Shown here: piece by piece, positions 51,470-63,450 of the stretch
How the letters are laid out: every line of letters begins with the position of its first letter
How positions within the stretch are numbered: the stretch's first letter is position 1
The notes under the pieces: generated by a model
The model's database searches: none
What the model saw: only the letters and a program-made list of their open reading frames with translations
What the model was told of the DNA's origin: nothing
Source of the DNA: Octopus sinensis
Lineage: Eukaryota
NCBI RefSeq assembly: GCF_006345805.1
Contig: NC_043006.1
Location: 30,008,001 to 30,072,000, forward strand
Direction: 5' to 3'
Length of the DNA: 64,000 nt
Position numbers and translations under genes: made by a program

Positions 51470-53030
51470 CAGTATATGTACACCGTGTTTGGCACCAGGA
51501 AGGATATTTGACTAAAATTCTCTTTCAAAAAGGACTGCCACGAGGAGTATTATTATATAGGGGTGGGATACAGCCCAAAATATCATGTGGGATGCACAAT
51601 GTATTTCATTATAACTCAAGATGGGGAACCCAGTGAAAGTACGATGTCCTTTTTGAAAACTAGCATGTATGGTTGAGATGTGGAATGTAGACAGCAATGA
51701 CAAGGAGATGGAGTAATGTGGTGGAGGTACCACTCACAAGAAGAGTGAACATTTGTTGTTTACAGGAGACAAGATGGAAAGGAAGTGGTGTGAGAGTGAT
51801 TAATGGAATGCAGGGACATAAGTGCATGTTTTTTTAGCAAGGGTGTCTGGAAGGTGTGCATTTCCCATGGTAGTTCTGGAGAGGGTGAGAGTTTGTTGAT
51901 GTCCAACAACATAATCTGTTGACTACCACCTGACAGTACATAGGTAGTAAGACAGGCGGAACTTTCAGGATACAAAACTAACCACAAGAGAGGAAGTTGT
52001 TACATCGCACTATTTGTCTATGACTTGAAAGTGAGAAATACAAAGAGAAGCTTAGTAGATGAGAAAAAAAGCAACCAAGGCTGAAAGTGTGGAGTTTAAA
52101 ATAGGTGACAGAAAAGGAAGCGCTCAAAGAGAAGTTGAGTATGGTAATGTGTGATGTGGTTGAATGCTGGAATTGGTTGGAAATCAGTAAATGATGATCT
52201 ATAAGGAGCTGTTGGTGATGATGTGTACATGGAAATATCACATAGACATTTGATGGAATTTTGAAGTTGAGAAGGGAATTGATGAGAAGAAGAGGGTAAG
52301 GAGTATGGTAGTAAAAGAAGCAGTACATGAAAGTTATAAGGTGACCAAGAAAGCCACAGAAAAAGGGGTAATAAAAACACAGAAATCCCTTGGGAAACAT
52401 TAAGGAAATATATGATCTGAGGGGAGAGTCAGATGACTAAACAGTTAAGGAAAGAAAGATTTGTAGTTTGAAGGAGAAAGTGCGGCAAATTGTGGGTCCT
52501 GATGGAAGTAAGAGAAAGTTAAAGGGTTATCTGGACAAGATGTTGAATGGGGAGAATGAATGAAATGGTAACATAGAGGCCAATCCAGTTGTATGAGTAG
52601 GAGAGGAGAAGGAAGTTGAAGAAGTGGTAAGAGTAATGAAGGGTGGAATTGCAAGAGTTGTGGGAGAATTATAATGGTAGTTGAAATGTGAAAAAAAGGA
52701 CAAGGATTTGTAGGGTGTTGGTGAAAGATAATGATATTCCTCTCCTCAGATTGGATGACAGTCCCCTGGACTATGGCTCGTTTAGAGTAATTAATGTATT
52801 AGAGCATAAAAATGAAGTTAATGGAAAAGGATAAAACAGAAAGTAATATCAATGAAATGCAGTTTGGATTTTATGTCTGGAAGAACAACAACAGTGGAAG
52901 TACAGAGACAAAATGAAGAAATTGTTTTGTGAGTCTGTTGATATAGAGAAAGACTTTGGTAAGGTTCCTTATGAAATGGTGTGTATTGAGAGAGTTAGCA
53001 ATGAATGCTGAGTTGCAATGGTTGTTCTTT
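51470..53030 (+). mobile_element. Ancient degraded RTE LINE (RT region at its 3' part)
   Basis: NEMQFGF, SGRTTT and KYRDKMKKLFCESVDIEKDFGKVP resemble QFGF.PGRSTTD / KKLY.AFVDLEKAFDRVP; 5' boundary weak. Confidence 0.55.
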
Positions 53031-53192
53031 GTTTCTTAAAACCACACCCTCCTTTCTTCAATATTGTGGGATTTACAAGAAATTGCTTTAAAACAAAGAA
53101 AAGACCCGAAATTTATATATACCATTAATGACACTTGTTTTTATTTCAAAATGTTTTGATAAACTCCAGGAAACATTTTATTATATAATTAG

Positions 53193-53281
53193 GCAAAACG
53201 ACTGGAGATTCCCCCTGGTGATCCTATCAAGGCAGACATGATTGCATCACTGATTGTTCATGTTTCCGCAGATGTCAAAGA
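53193..53281 (+). CDS. ACLY: ACLY coding exon 5 (AKRLEIPPGDPIKADMIASLIVHVSADVK + split E)
   Basis: Fills the gap between DVDAK and IL..FIS.L; aattAG / GA|GTAAGT; 89 nt, and its phase-2 end matches the next exon. Confidence 0.9.
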
Positions 53282-53467
53282 GTAAGTATGGCAGGATGTT
53301 TTTCTTTGTAAGAAAATAAAAATGATAATATTATTTAGATAGACTGACTCACATATTATAACCATACCACTAATGTCCAGAATTTAAGGGTTACTAATAG
53401 AGCTAATGGAGGATACTGGAAGTCTGCAAATCATAAATTGTTTTAGAATTTATGTAGCTATTTTTAT

Positions 53468-53500
<33 letters not shown>

Positions 53501-54731
53501 AAAGCATGCTGAGTGAAGCCGCTTGGCACAGATTGACCGTGAACTCTGCTGTGCATGTGCACTAAGTTTTAATGTTGTAGCTCACTTCTGCTGTTTACAG
53601 CAGTGCTTGGAAGGAAGGTGTGTAGCATGTGATCATTGCATTATACATAACAGAAGTTGAGCAGAGAATCTGCATCCAATTTTGCCAAAAGCTTGGCGAT
53701 ACCTACTCAGAGGCTTACATAAAGTTTTCAAAATGTTTTCATTGTTCTCAACACAATCAAGGAGATCTTATGCAACTGAAATCCGAGTGTCTTTTTGGTC
53801 AGCTGAAAGCAGTTTTGGCACAAACTTGGCAGACATGCATCTCATACACAAATCTTCAGTGATTATGGACTGAACAGAACTGTAACTAATCTGCACATCC
53901 TCTGATAACTCACGGATGGTGAATTGACTATTTACTCTCACAGATGCATGCACATCTGCAATGTTTTTCTCAGTTCTGCTGGTTGCGGGTCTCCCAGAAT
54001 GTATGTCAATATTGACATTTTTTTGGCCATCTTGGAAAAGTTTGAACCACTTGTACACTTGTGTGCATTTCATACACCCCTCTTCATATGCTTTTTGCAA
54101 CTTTACGTAAGCCTCTGAGCCAGTATCACCATAACCACTTTCTATGTTCTGGTCAACACGACAAACACATGCTACACACCTTCCTTCCAAGCACTGCTAT
54201 AAACAGCAGAAGTGAGCTAGAATATATACACAAATCTTCAGTGATTATGGACTGAACAGAACTGTAACTAATCTGCACATCCTCTAATAACTCACGGATG
54301 GTGATTTGACAATTTACTCTCACAGCTGCACACACATCTGCAATGTTTTTCCCCCCCAGTTCTGCTGGTTGTGGGTCTCCCAGAATGTTTGTCAATGTCA
54401 ACAGTTTTTTGGCTATCTTGGAAACGTTTGAACCATTTGTACACTTGTGTGAATCTCATACACCCCTCTTCATACATTTTCTGCAACTTTGTGTAAGCCT
54501 CTGAGCAGTTATCGCCATGACAAATTTCTCTGTCATGGTCAATGCGACGATCACACGCTACACACCTTCCTTCTAAGCACTGCTGTAAACAGCAGAAGTG
54601 AGCTAGAGTGTTAAAACTTAGTACTCGTGCACAGCAGAGTTGAAGGTCAATCTTTGCCAAGTGGATTCACTCTGCATGCTTTAACTTCATTACTATGGCA
54701 ACAGTCCAGAAACTTATTGATCAAACCTCAT
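53501..54731. mobile_element. Mariner-derived fold-back element, copy 2, with internal tandem duplication
   Basis: MTEVEQRICIQFCQKLGD-like plus arm; minus-strand HSGRPATSRTEKNI...TIRELSEDVQISYSSVQSIITEDL...SAKFVPKLL; right terminus aacttattgatcaaacctcata. Confidence 0.9.
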
Positions 54732-55064
54732 ATGAGAGAGTGGAAGAGAGATATCTACATTCCCAGTATTTTAGCGTGCACAGTTTAATGGTGGTCAAGG
54801 AACTGCTGAGAGAAAGATTAAAGCAGTTGGTACAAATAATTGCGAGTGATATTTATTTGAACGAAGTTCTTGTTAGTCTCTAAATTAGTTGGGATTATAA
54901 TGAAATATTTTAATTAACTCTTAGAGAAACAAGAGCCATTTATTAGTTTGGTTCAATATAATTACTTTCTTTTTAGTAAATCTCATCTTGAGTGAAGTAC
55001 TGTTGGTGTTACTATTGTTATATTTATTTGTTGATAAACTTTTCTTAAATCTCTGTTCTTTCAG

Positions 55065-55144
55065 GATCCTGTCTCGTTTCATTTCTGCTCTGTATAACCA
55101 GTATCAGGATTTGCATTTCACTTATCTAGAAATCAACCCTTTGG
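55065..55144 (+). CDS. ACLY: ACLY coding exon 6 (ILSRFISALYNQYQDLHFTYLEINPL)
   Basis: FTYLEINPL motif; ctttcAG / G|GTAAGT; 80 nt. Confidence 0.96.
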
Positions 55145-56105
55145 GTAAGTTTTCTTTCTGTTAATTCTTAAAAGTGAAATCATAGAATTAGCAAATAAAC
55201 TAGAGACCAGTTAGTTTCTGTTGTTCTTTAGCCCCCGGTTGATCTTGATCAATCAGACCTATAATGAAAGGTAACTCACATATAAACATTCTAGGTTTTT
55301 CTTTTTATTTATCCAGGATGACATTGCTCTACAAGTCCCTTTTGAATAAGGTAGGGTGTGATTTGAGAGGAATTTGACTATTATTTCTAGCAAGTCAAGT
55401 GACCATATAGAGGCTTCCTTATTGGCTGATATGCAATCTTTTTGATTCAAATACAAAGTCTCTGATTTTGCTCTTCATTTTTCTGGTGGTTCATTAAAAT
55501 AAATACTATTGATAGCTGAGAATTGGTGGCGCTCAGACACTGTCATCACTCTTCACCATACAGTCTTGTGCTGCAACTGTATTTTCCTCCAGGGACCTTC
55601 TGTTTAACTCTTTGATGTCATCATTTCCTCTTTATCTTTGTTACCCATGAATTTGTTCTCTGTCTACTCAACCCTTGGGGATGTGAACACAAATGTTCTA
55701 AGCCCTGATAATGTGGTCAAAATATTACAGTTTTTGGTGCTGATCTGTGAGACTCACTGGAGATTTGATTAATTTTGTCAATCAGTCTCTGCAACATAAT
55801 ATTATCAGCGTACCAAAGGTTATCTGGATGCTGATGCAACAGAATTCCCCTCAGGTTTTGACATCACCTCTTCAGTTTAGGGGTTAAAGCAGACAGGTAA
55901 CACAAAGCACCTTTGCCAAACTCTTTTCTTGGAATATTGTACAACAGATTTCATCAGCTAGACCAATATCTTGCCTTGTGTTAAAGTTACGTTAATATTA
56001 GTATAGATTAAAGAAATTTATAGTATATCACTCACCATAAGAAATACAAATGGTTCATATTCTGAAAATGTCTTCATCAAATAAATTTTTTTATATTTTG
56101 TTTAG

Positions 56106-56239
56106 TTGTGACCAATGGCAAAGTTTTCATCCTTGACTTAGCTGCCAAGATTGATCAGTGTGCAGAATTTTTGTGTAAAGCAAAATGGGGTGATGTAATG
56201 GAATTTCCACCACCTTTTGGCCGGGATGCTTTGCCAGAG
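56106..56239 (+). CDS. ACLY: ACLY coding exon 7 ([44 protein letters not shown])
   Basis: LDLAAK.D and EFPPPFGR motifs; ttttAG / GAG|GTAAGT; 134 nt. Confidence 0.97.
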
Positions 56240-57199
56240 GTAAGTTTTTTAAGTTTGGGAAACTCTGAAGTTCCTAGGGAGCTCTACATGATGCCCAGTT
56301 TCAATTTCCATATTTTTTTTTTTCTATTTCAATTCTTTTATTTCACTGGTTTTATTCAACTATACTGACCCCAGTTTTTAGTCTGGTACTCATTTTATCT
56401 GATGACTATTTCCCGAGAGAGTAAAATCACAAGGAATTTACACTAATTCACTCAAAAGCACAAATGCATGCGTTTACACAGGACAGGCTTTTGCACAGTT
56501 TCCATCAACAAAGTTTCAGCCACAAGGCTCCTTTCAAACCAAAACTAAAGTAGAAGATATTAACTCAAGTTTCTGCTGAATGGAACCAAATGTAGAATTA
56601 TATAGTTGTGAGGTCAACTTATTAACCACAGAACCATTGCTAAATTTGAGGAAAGCAAAATTAGAAGACAACCTGATTTCTCTTACTCCCGAAATCCCTC
56701 TGAAACTTTGTGTAAATGTCAGGAGCAAGTATTTACTTTTGTGAACAGGTTTATGTTGTTGTACCTATTGTGCACAACTAAGTGAATTGTGGTATGTTGG
56801 ATAGGGTTTAGCTCAGTGGCCCAGCAAACTATTTGTTGTAGTTATCACGATTCATAATCAAGGAGTAATGTACCTCATGCACTTTGTCATTTTCCACTGT
56901 TTAATGTTCAGTTAATGTAATAAGGCTATTCTCATTAAATCACATTTTATGACTCCTATTTTTCATACAATAAATCTGAATTTTAAAATTATTAAACCAG
57001 CTTTTTAAAATTTCTAACCCTAACCCTATCTTTAAAATTAAATTTTATGATTATGTATTGTTATTGTCATTAACTCCTCTTCAACTCCTAATATGAAAAC
57101 CTCACATTTTATGACATTATCTTGCAAATATTTACTGTTTTTACACTGCCATCCTCCATTTAAAATTTAGTCTGATATTTTCTTATTTCTTCTCTTTAG

Positions 57200-57318
57200 G
57201 AAGCTTACATTGCTGATCTTGATGCCAAGAGTGGAGCATCTCTTAAACTAACAATACTCAATAAAGTAGGGCGAATTTGGACAATGGTTGCAGGAGGAGG
57301 TGCTTCTGTTATCTATGC
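57200..57318 (+). CDS. ACLY: ACLY coding exon 8 ([39 protein letters not shown])
   Basis: [14 protein letters not shown] motif; ctttAG / GC|GTAAGC; 119 nt. Confidence 0.97.
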
Positions 57319-57531
57319 GTAAGCCGTTTTATGTTCTCAAACAGATTTTCATTTTCCTTTTGTTAAAATATAATTTCAATGTATTTCTCCAAAGAAATAT
57401 TGTTGAACATATATTAGTCTCTAGCTTGGTTTCAACTCATCAACTCTAATTTACACCCTAACTAATTGTTTTTATTATTTTTTTAGTTTTAATTCCAGTT
57501 TGTCCAATTGTTACAATTTGAAGTGATATAT

Positions 57532-58066
57532 CATCATCATCATCGTTTAACGTCTGCTTTCCATGCTAGCATGGGTTGGACGAATGACTGAGTGCTGGCG
57601 AACCAGATGGCTGCACCAGGCTTCAATCTTGATCTGACAGAGTTTCTACAGCTGGACGCCCTTCCTAATGTCAACCACTCCGAGAGTGTAGTGGGTGCTC
57701 TTACGTGCCACCGGCACGGGGCCAGTCAGGCGGTACTGGCAACAACCTCGCTTGAATCTTTTACACATGCCACCAGCACAGGTGCCAGTAAGGCGATGCT
57801 GGTAGCAATCACGCTCGAATGGTGTCTTTTACGTGCCACTGGCACGGAGGCCAGGTATGCCGCTCTGGCAACGATCACGCTCGGGTGGTGCTCTTAATAC
57901 CCTACTAGCATGGGGCTCGAGTGCCAGTAAGGCGAAGCTGGTAACAATCACGTTCGAATGGTATCTTTTAAGTGCCACTGGCACGGAAGCCAGTTAGCCG
58001 CTCTGTCGATGATCACTCTCGTATGGTGCTCTTTACACTCCGCTAGCACGGACGCCAGTCATCGAA
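57532..58066 (-). mobile_element. Young RTE 3' end with ~65 bp tandem units
   Basis: Consensus tail and about 5 units of tcacgctcgaatggtg...gtgccactggcacgga.gccag. Confidence 0.85.
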
Positions 58067-58890
58067 TGTGGGAGACAATTTTGAGGACATTCAAAGTTCA
58101 GACATTTCTATTAGATAACTTAATATTATGAGATAAGCATCCTGTGAGCCAGATTTTTTGTCATTTCTTAATGCCAGTTGTTGCTGTTTCTCTTATGTTG
58201 TTCCACCAGTACCTTACATTAATTATTTGGAATAATGGAAGATAATATTGAAAAGTCTCATACAGGAACTTCTTATTTTATGATATTTGGTTTCACTCCA
58301 AACTGATTCTTTAACTTATTTGGCTCAAATAAAAATATTTCAAGTTATTTGTTGTTTTATGTGATACAGTTTAATATTTTCAAACAAAATTATTCTTGCT
58401 TGCTAAGTCAATTTGTCAAAATTTGAACTTTTTACTTTTTTATCAGCTTAGTCTGAAAAGAGACATTAGCACCTTTTTAAGGCAGTTTTATTATTGTTAT
58501 AGTCTTATATTTATCATTTTATAGAGATTTATTTAAAAATAAACTGCAATCTTGAGTCAGGAGTTGTAATTTTCCATTAGAATGAAATACTGAATGCCTC
58601 TTGAAGCAATAGTAAAAAATGCAGATTAGAAATAACAGAAATAGTTTCATCAATAAAAGTTATGGTTTGATCTCTTATTAAAAAATGCTGATAATCAATT
58701 ATTAAAAATTAATTGTGATGAAATATATTGTGACTCTGATATTTTTATAAAATATTACACTAGTTTGGTAAGAAATGTGGTATTTGCTACAACCAAGAAT
58801 TGTTGAACTCCTTCTGAATTCCAATTCTATGTTGGACATATTTATGCCACACAGCTTTTAAATATTTTCTTGATGCTTCCCTTCTTTCAG

Positions 58891-59027
58891 AGATACTATT
58901 TGTGATCTGGGAGGGGCATCAGAGCTGGCTAACTATGGAGAATATTCAGGAGCCCCCAGTGAAATGCAGACCTATGAATATGCCAAAACTATTCTTAGTC
59001 TCATGACAGAGACCAAGCATAAAGAGG
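58891..59027 (+). CDS. ACLY: ACLY coding exon 9 ([45 protein letters not shown])
   Basis: [12 protein letters not shown] motif; ctttcAG / G|GTAAGT; 137 nt. Confidence 0.97.
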
Positions 59028-59318
59028 GTAAGTTCAAATGATAATTTCCTTGTAATCGCATGTATTCAAAGAAAATTTCAAAGTTAATAAATTTCAATAA
59101 TTTTATAAATGAAAAGTCAGACACAGTGTCAGGATATAATTTGTTTCTTCCGTTCCTTCATGCTTGAATAATTTTGGAAATTAAACCATAATAATGTCAA
59201 ATGTTGTACAGTAGTAATAACAGCTCAGCTCAGCAATTGGGAAGCTTGTTAAACTACATATTAGCCCTGAACGAGGGGAAGATAACTGGTGCCTGAACAT
59301 GGAATTGGTAATCTAATA

Positions 59319-59519
59319 CAGTGGTTTTCAACCAGGGTTCCGCCAGTACAGTCCAGGGGTTCCGCAAGAAGTTACAAAACTGCTAAAATCGGCAGTAATT
59401 TTTAATTCTCCTGTGCAGATATGTGTGTATAAGACTATTAAATTATTGCACAGGGGTTCCCCGAGCCAGTGGAATGTTTCCTTGGGGTTCCGCTCCAGCA
59501 AAAAGGTTGAAAAGCACTG
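59319..59519. mobile_element. Intact hAT-type MITE (201 bp) with perfect 8 bp TSD ATCTAATA
   Basis: TIRs cagtggttttcaacc / ggttgaaaagcactg; TSD at 59311-59318 and 59520-59527. Confidence 0.92.
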
Positions 59520-60492
59520 ATCTAATACCTTATCAGCACTTCTGTCAACCACTGAATGTGTTTGATCGAATTCCTTTTGAGCTGCATCAGAATCTTTTAA
59601 ACTTTTCAACATTCCATCAATTGTAAGTAATCCATGCCTGTGTTGCAAATAAGCTGTGGTGAAGATCATTGCTGAAACAATTGGAAATACTTGACACAAC
59701 GCCCAAAAAACTGGATTTTAATGTGGAGTTTGCCAATTATCGCTATATTGGGAAATCGCTTAAGTGCCAACTCTAAAGTTTCTGGTAAACTGTGAACACC
59801 ACCTCCTTCTAGTTAAATCCGAGTTTTTAGAACCAAAACTGTTTCTACTTTAAGGAATACCATAAACTTTACAGAAGAATTCCAGGTTTAATGGTTAATT
59901 AATTTTTCTTGATCAATTGATATTTATTAGTTCTTAATAAATAAAATTAGTACTAGTTAAAGGAAATGTCATAAGCTTATATTGTATCAGAATGTATTCT
60001 GCTCTTGACACCAGCATTTAAGATTTATTTAGCAAGTAGCACATATTTTTGAATATTTAAATAGTTACGTCTATTTAGTCTGTATCAGTGCAAGAGGACA
60101 AAAAAGTACTAACAGCCGGCTTGTGTGAATTTTCTGAAACTCCTCCCCTCACCCCTTGGGAATAATTTTTCCCAACAAATTCTGATATTTATCAGAATCT
60201 ACACTACGTGAAGCATATTTGTAGAAAATTTCATTAAAAGTATCTATTTTTCTGAAAGTCATTGGAAAACACAGTCAAGTAGGGTGGACACATCTGTGTA
60301 GATATGTCTACGTCTCTGTAACATATAAAGTGTTTCCTAACCATTCATTGTGGTTAAGCAACCAGTTGCTGTTAGAACATCTGATGCAAAATTTCAATCT
60401 ATCACAATGGTGAAATGAACAGAACAACAAATAGAAACTTGTGTTTATCATAATTTTCTCCTTATTTACTATTTACAATTATTTTCTTGCAG

Positions 60493-60554
60493 GCAAAATT
60501 CTTATTATTGGTGGTGGTATTGCTAATTTCACTAATGTTGCAACAACATTCAAG
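60493..60554 (+). CDS. ACLY: ACLY coding exon 10 (split G + KILIIGGGIANFTNVATTFK), citrate-binding loop
   Basis: IGGxIANFTNVA.TFK motif; cttgcAG / AAG|GTTTGT; 62 nt. Confidence 0.96.
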
Positions 60555-60744
60555 GTTTGTATCTCAACATTTCTAATTTCATTTGATGATTGTATAAAAT
60601 ATAATTTATTGATTCAAAATTAAAGTTTCAAAAGTCACTTCTTCAGCAATGTAGTATAAAATTTAAAATTACTTTGCTGTAGTTGTACTGCTGCTATTCA
60701 TTTTTTCCTATGCATAAAATTGAGATGTGCAAATCAAAAAATGT

Positions 60745-60787
60745 TTCCCTGTTGGGATTTGAATCCAGGCCGTATTTGGGTAAAAGC
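60745..60787 (-). pseudogene. Degenerate tRNA-Glu-like 3' half
   Basis: Minus strand GCTTTTACCCAAATACGGCCTGGATTCAAATCCCAACAGGGAA resembles the tRNA-Glu(TTC) anticodon-to-acceptor segment and is followed by T6; 5' half not recognisable. Confidence 0.3.
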
Positions 60788-61518
60788 TATTAAAGACTGA
60801 ACATTTTCTAATCTTCAGTTGATTTTCATTGATGGTTTCAACATGATTTTGTGTGAGTGAAGAGGTGATAGAATGGGAGAGATTATACGTAATAAAAACA
60901 ATCCTGATGACCCTCAGTTGTTCAATCTATTTTTTTCATTTTGTCATAAGCAATAACGAACCTTTTGATGTGAGTAGCAGAAATATTTTGTAAGATATTT
61001 TATCTGTATTTCAATGGAAGTTTATATCTTAACACCAATGTTATTTGTGGCCAAGGCACTTGGCTCTAAGCAGCCAAATCCATGTCTCTCTAAATAGGTG
61101 CAGTGAAACAGATTGGTTCATTGCTGTTGTGAAGCTGATTCATTATTTGTAGAGCAAAGTTAAATTCTTTCTCTCTGTAATAGATTTCTATTGAAGCCAA
61201 ACTAAGATTTCTCTTTCTTAATGCTGTAAAGATAAGCATCAGCTTTGAAAATTCTTGTGATTCTGGAAAGAATTTGCATTAAAAATGGGGTAAAATGACC
61301 AAGAAATGGTTCATTTAATCCTTAAATTCCACCAAATCAGTGATTTAGTATAATCATTAATTTGTTCACTTATGATTTTTTTAGTCTAAATTCTATTTCT
61401 TAATCTTGAATGCTACTTATAATGTATTAATTTTGCAACCAACTTTCGCACCTCATGTGACTAACTTTCTCCATTTTAACAACATATTAAACTGAACTTT
61501 ATTGTCTTGACTTTGTAG

Positions 61519-61636
61519 GGAATTGTACGAGCTCTAAGAGAATATCAGCAGAGATTGATAGAACACAATGTCTCCATCTATGTTCGACGTGGTGGACCTA
61601 ACTACCAGGAAGGGTTACGTATAATGAAAGAACTTG
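61519..61636 (+). CDS. ACLY: ACLY coding exon 11 ([39 protein letters not shown]), ends in a GC donor
   Basis: [12 protein letters not shown] motif; tttgtAG acceptor; donor TTG|GCAAGT needed to keep frame; 118 nt. Confidence 0.94.
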
Positions 61637-61679
61637 GCAAGTTACAACTCTGTACTAGCTTTATGTTTGATATGTGTTT

Positions 61680-61825
61680 ATGGCTGTATGATTGAGGTTC
61701 CCTTCTCCATCAACCACGTAGCTTCAAGTTCAGTCCTACTGAATGGCATCTTGGGCAAGTGACTTCTATGATAGCCTAAGCCTACCAATGCCTTGTGAGG
61801 GAAACTGAAAGAAGCCCGTCGTGTG
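61680..61825 (+). mobile_element. SINE family A 5' part (another, minus strand, at ~56482-56640)
   Basis: gttcagtcctact...cttgggcaagtg.cttcta...ggaaactgaaagaagcccgtcg. Confidence 0.7.
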
Positions 61826-62142
61826 TAGTATCATTGTCATAATCATTTCAAGGAAGATTGGAAACGAGGGATGTTTGCTTGTATGAGATGCTTATTTACA
61901 ACAGTTGTGCCATATCATGTGTACTCAACACTGGCTCCTCCACTTTCACCAATGGTTTATATTCATGAGTTAGTCAATAACTTCACTAAATCTACCATTG
62001 TATACATAAATACATTTTGTAAATTCTTTTATCTTTTCATTTTATTCTTGTATTTGTAAAAAGTACAAAAACAAAATTGACTTATTTCTTTAAATTTGTA
62101 TTATTTCTCTTACAATTCTTTTGTTTCCAATTTTTTTTCAAG

Positions 62143-62288
62143 GTTCCACACTTGGGGTTCCGATCCATGTTTATGGTCCTGAAACTCATATGACTGCCAT
62201 TGTTAGCATGGCACTGGGCAAGAAAGACATTCCAACTACTCCTCAACCTGTGCAAACTACTGCTAACTTTTTACTTCCGGGAGGGACA
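62143..62288 (+). CDS. ACLY: ACLY coding exon 12 (split G + [48 protein letters not shown])
   Basis: [17 protein letters not shown] and TANFLL motifs; ttttcaAG / ACA|GTGAGT; 146 nt. Confidence 0.96.
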
Positions 62289-62345
62289 GTGAGTTTATCT
62301 TTGTTTTTAATGGTTACTAACTATTTTATTTCTCTTTCTGTATAG

Positions 62346-62432
62346 TTTCATCAGAGGAGGACGGACAGCATCCATGAGCCCATGTCAGAGACCTGGACTG
62401 CGCTAGTAGATTATTATGGATTCTTTTCTGAG
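62346..62432 (+). CDS. Candidate ACLY linker exon (FHQRRTDSIHEP...); 3' boundary uncertain
   Basis: TACTAAC branch point at 62315-62321, pyrimidine tract, TAG at 62343-62345 (alternative CAG ending 62354, same frame). Open in frame with an RTDSIHE motif. No strong donor. Confidence 0.3.
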
Positions 62433-62591
62433 GTGCCTATAAAAAAAGGTACCACGTGATTAAGAACTGTCAAAAGGGTACCATATACTAGACAAGTGTA
62501 AAATAGGTACTATATTATACAGAATGGTAAAATGCATGCCATGTGATAGAGGACTGTAAATAGATTATGTGTAATAGAGATCTGTGAAATA

Positions 62592-63450
62592 TCATCATCA
62601 TCATTTAATGTCAGTTTTCCATGCTGACATGGGTTGGAGAATCTGACAGGAGCTGCCTGGGTGCTTTTATGCAGCACATACAGGTGAATTTTATGTGGCA
62701 CCAATACCCACAAGATAGGATCACTCAGCTGAAGAGGGATGCAGGGGACACACCTGTTTGCAAGGACAATGACAATTTCACTTAGCTTGATGTGTTTTCT
62801 CAAGCATAGCAAGCTTATAAAAAATTGTAAAATAAAAATGTTATAAAAGCAACTTCAAGAATAACAACAGAACATTCATTTATGGGGGAAATCAGTACTG
62901 AAATCCTCCTCATCATCATCTAATATCTGCTTTCCATGTTGGCATAGATTGAATGGTTTGATAGGAGCTGCTAAGCCCAGAAGCCATACCAGGCACCATT
63001 GTCTGTGAAGTAGTTGGAAGGGCATCAGGCTGTAAGAAACGATGCTAGAACAGAGTGTACTGGGTTCTTTATATATGTTACTTGCACCAATGCGAGTCCC
63101 AGTTAAGAAAAATTTTGTTATAAGTAATTTAAAATATGCCCATCTAGAATTGTAAGAAAGAACTCTATGGAGAATTAGAATTGATTCTGCATAGCCATTA
63201 CTTAATAGATGTGCAGTGTATCATCATTATATGTCCGTTTTTCATGCTGGCATATGTTGGACGGTTTGACAGGATCTGGCCTGGCTGCATGTTTGCCTTG
63301 GCATGGTTTCTATGGCTAGATGTCCTTCCTAATGCCAACCACATTACAGAGTGGACTGGGTGTTTTTTTATGCGACACTGGTATGGGCACTTTTACATGG
63401 CACCAGCACCCATGAGCCTGCAAAATTAGGATCACTCAACTGAAGAAGTA
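62592..63450 (-). mobile_element. Cluster of three RTE 3' end fragments
   Basis: (CAT)n tails and ttccatgctg.catgggttgg motifs at ~62592, 62910 and 63220. Confidence 0.7.

Noticed and set aside
57700-58060. CRISPR-like repeat-spacer array
   Set aside because: Eukaryotic context; whole units are homologous with no unique spacers, and the array is part of the RTE 3' UTR.
59528-59720. Minus-strand ORF 59328-59699 as a nested gene
   Set aside because: Half of it is the hAT MITE; the rest has no recognisable motif or splice support.
61641-61646. Canonical GT donor (AA|GTTACA) for exon 11
   Set aside because: Poor consensus, and it would frameshift exon 12.
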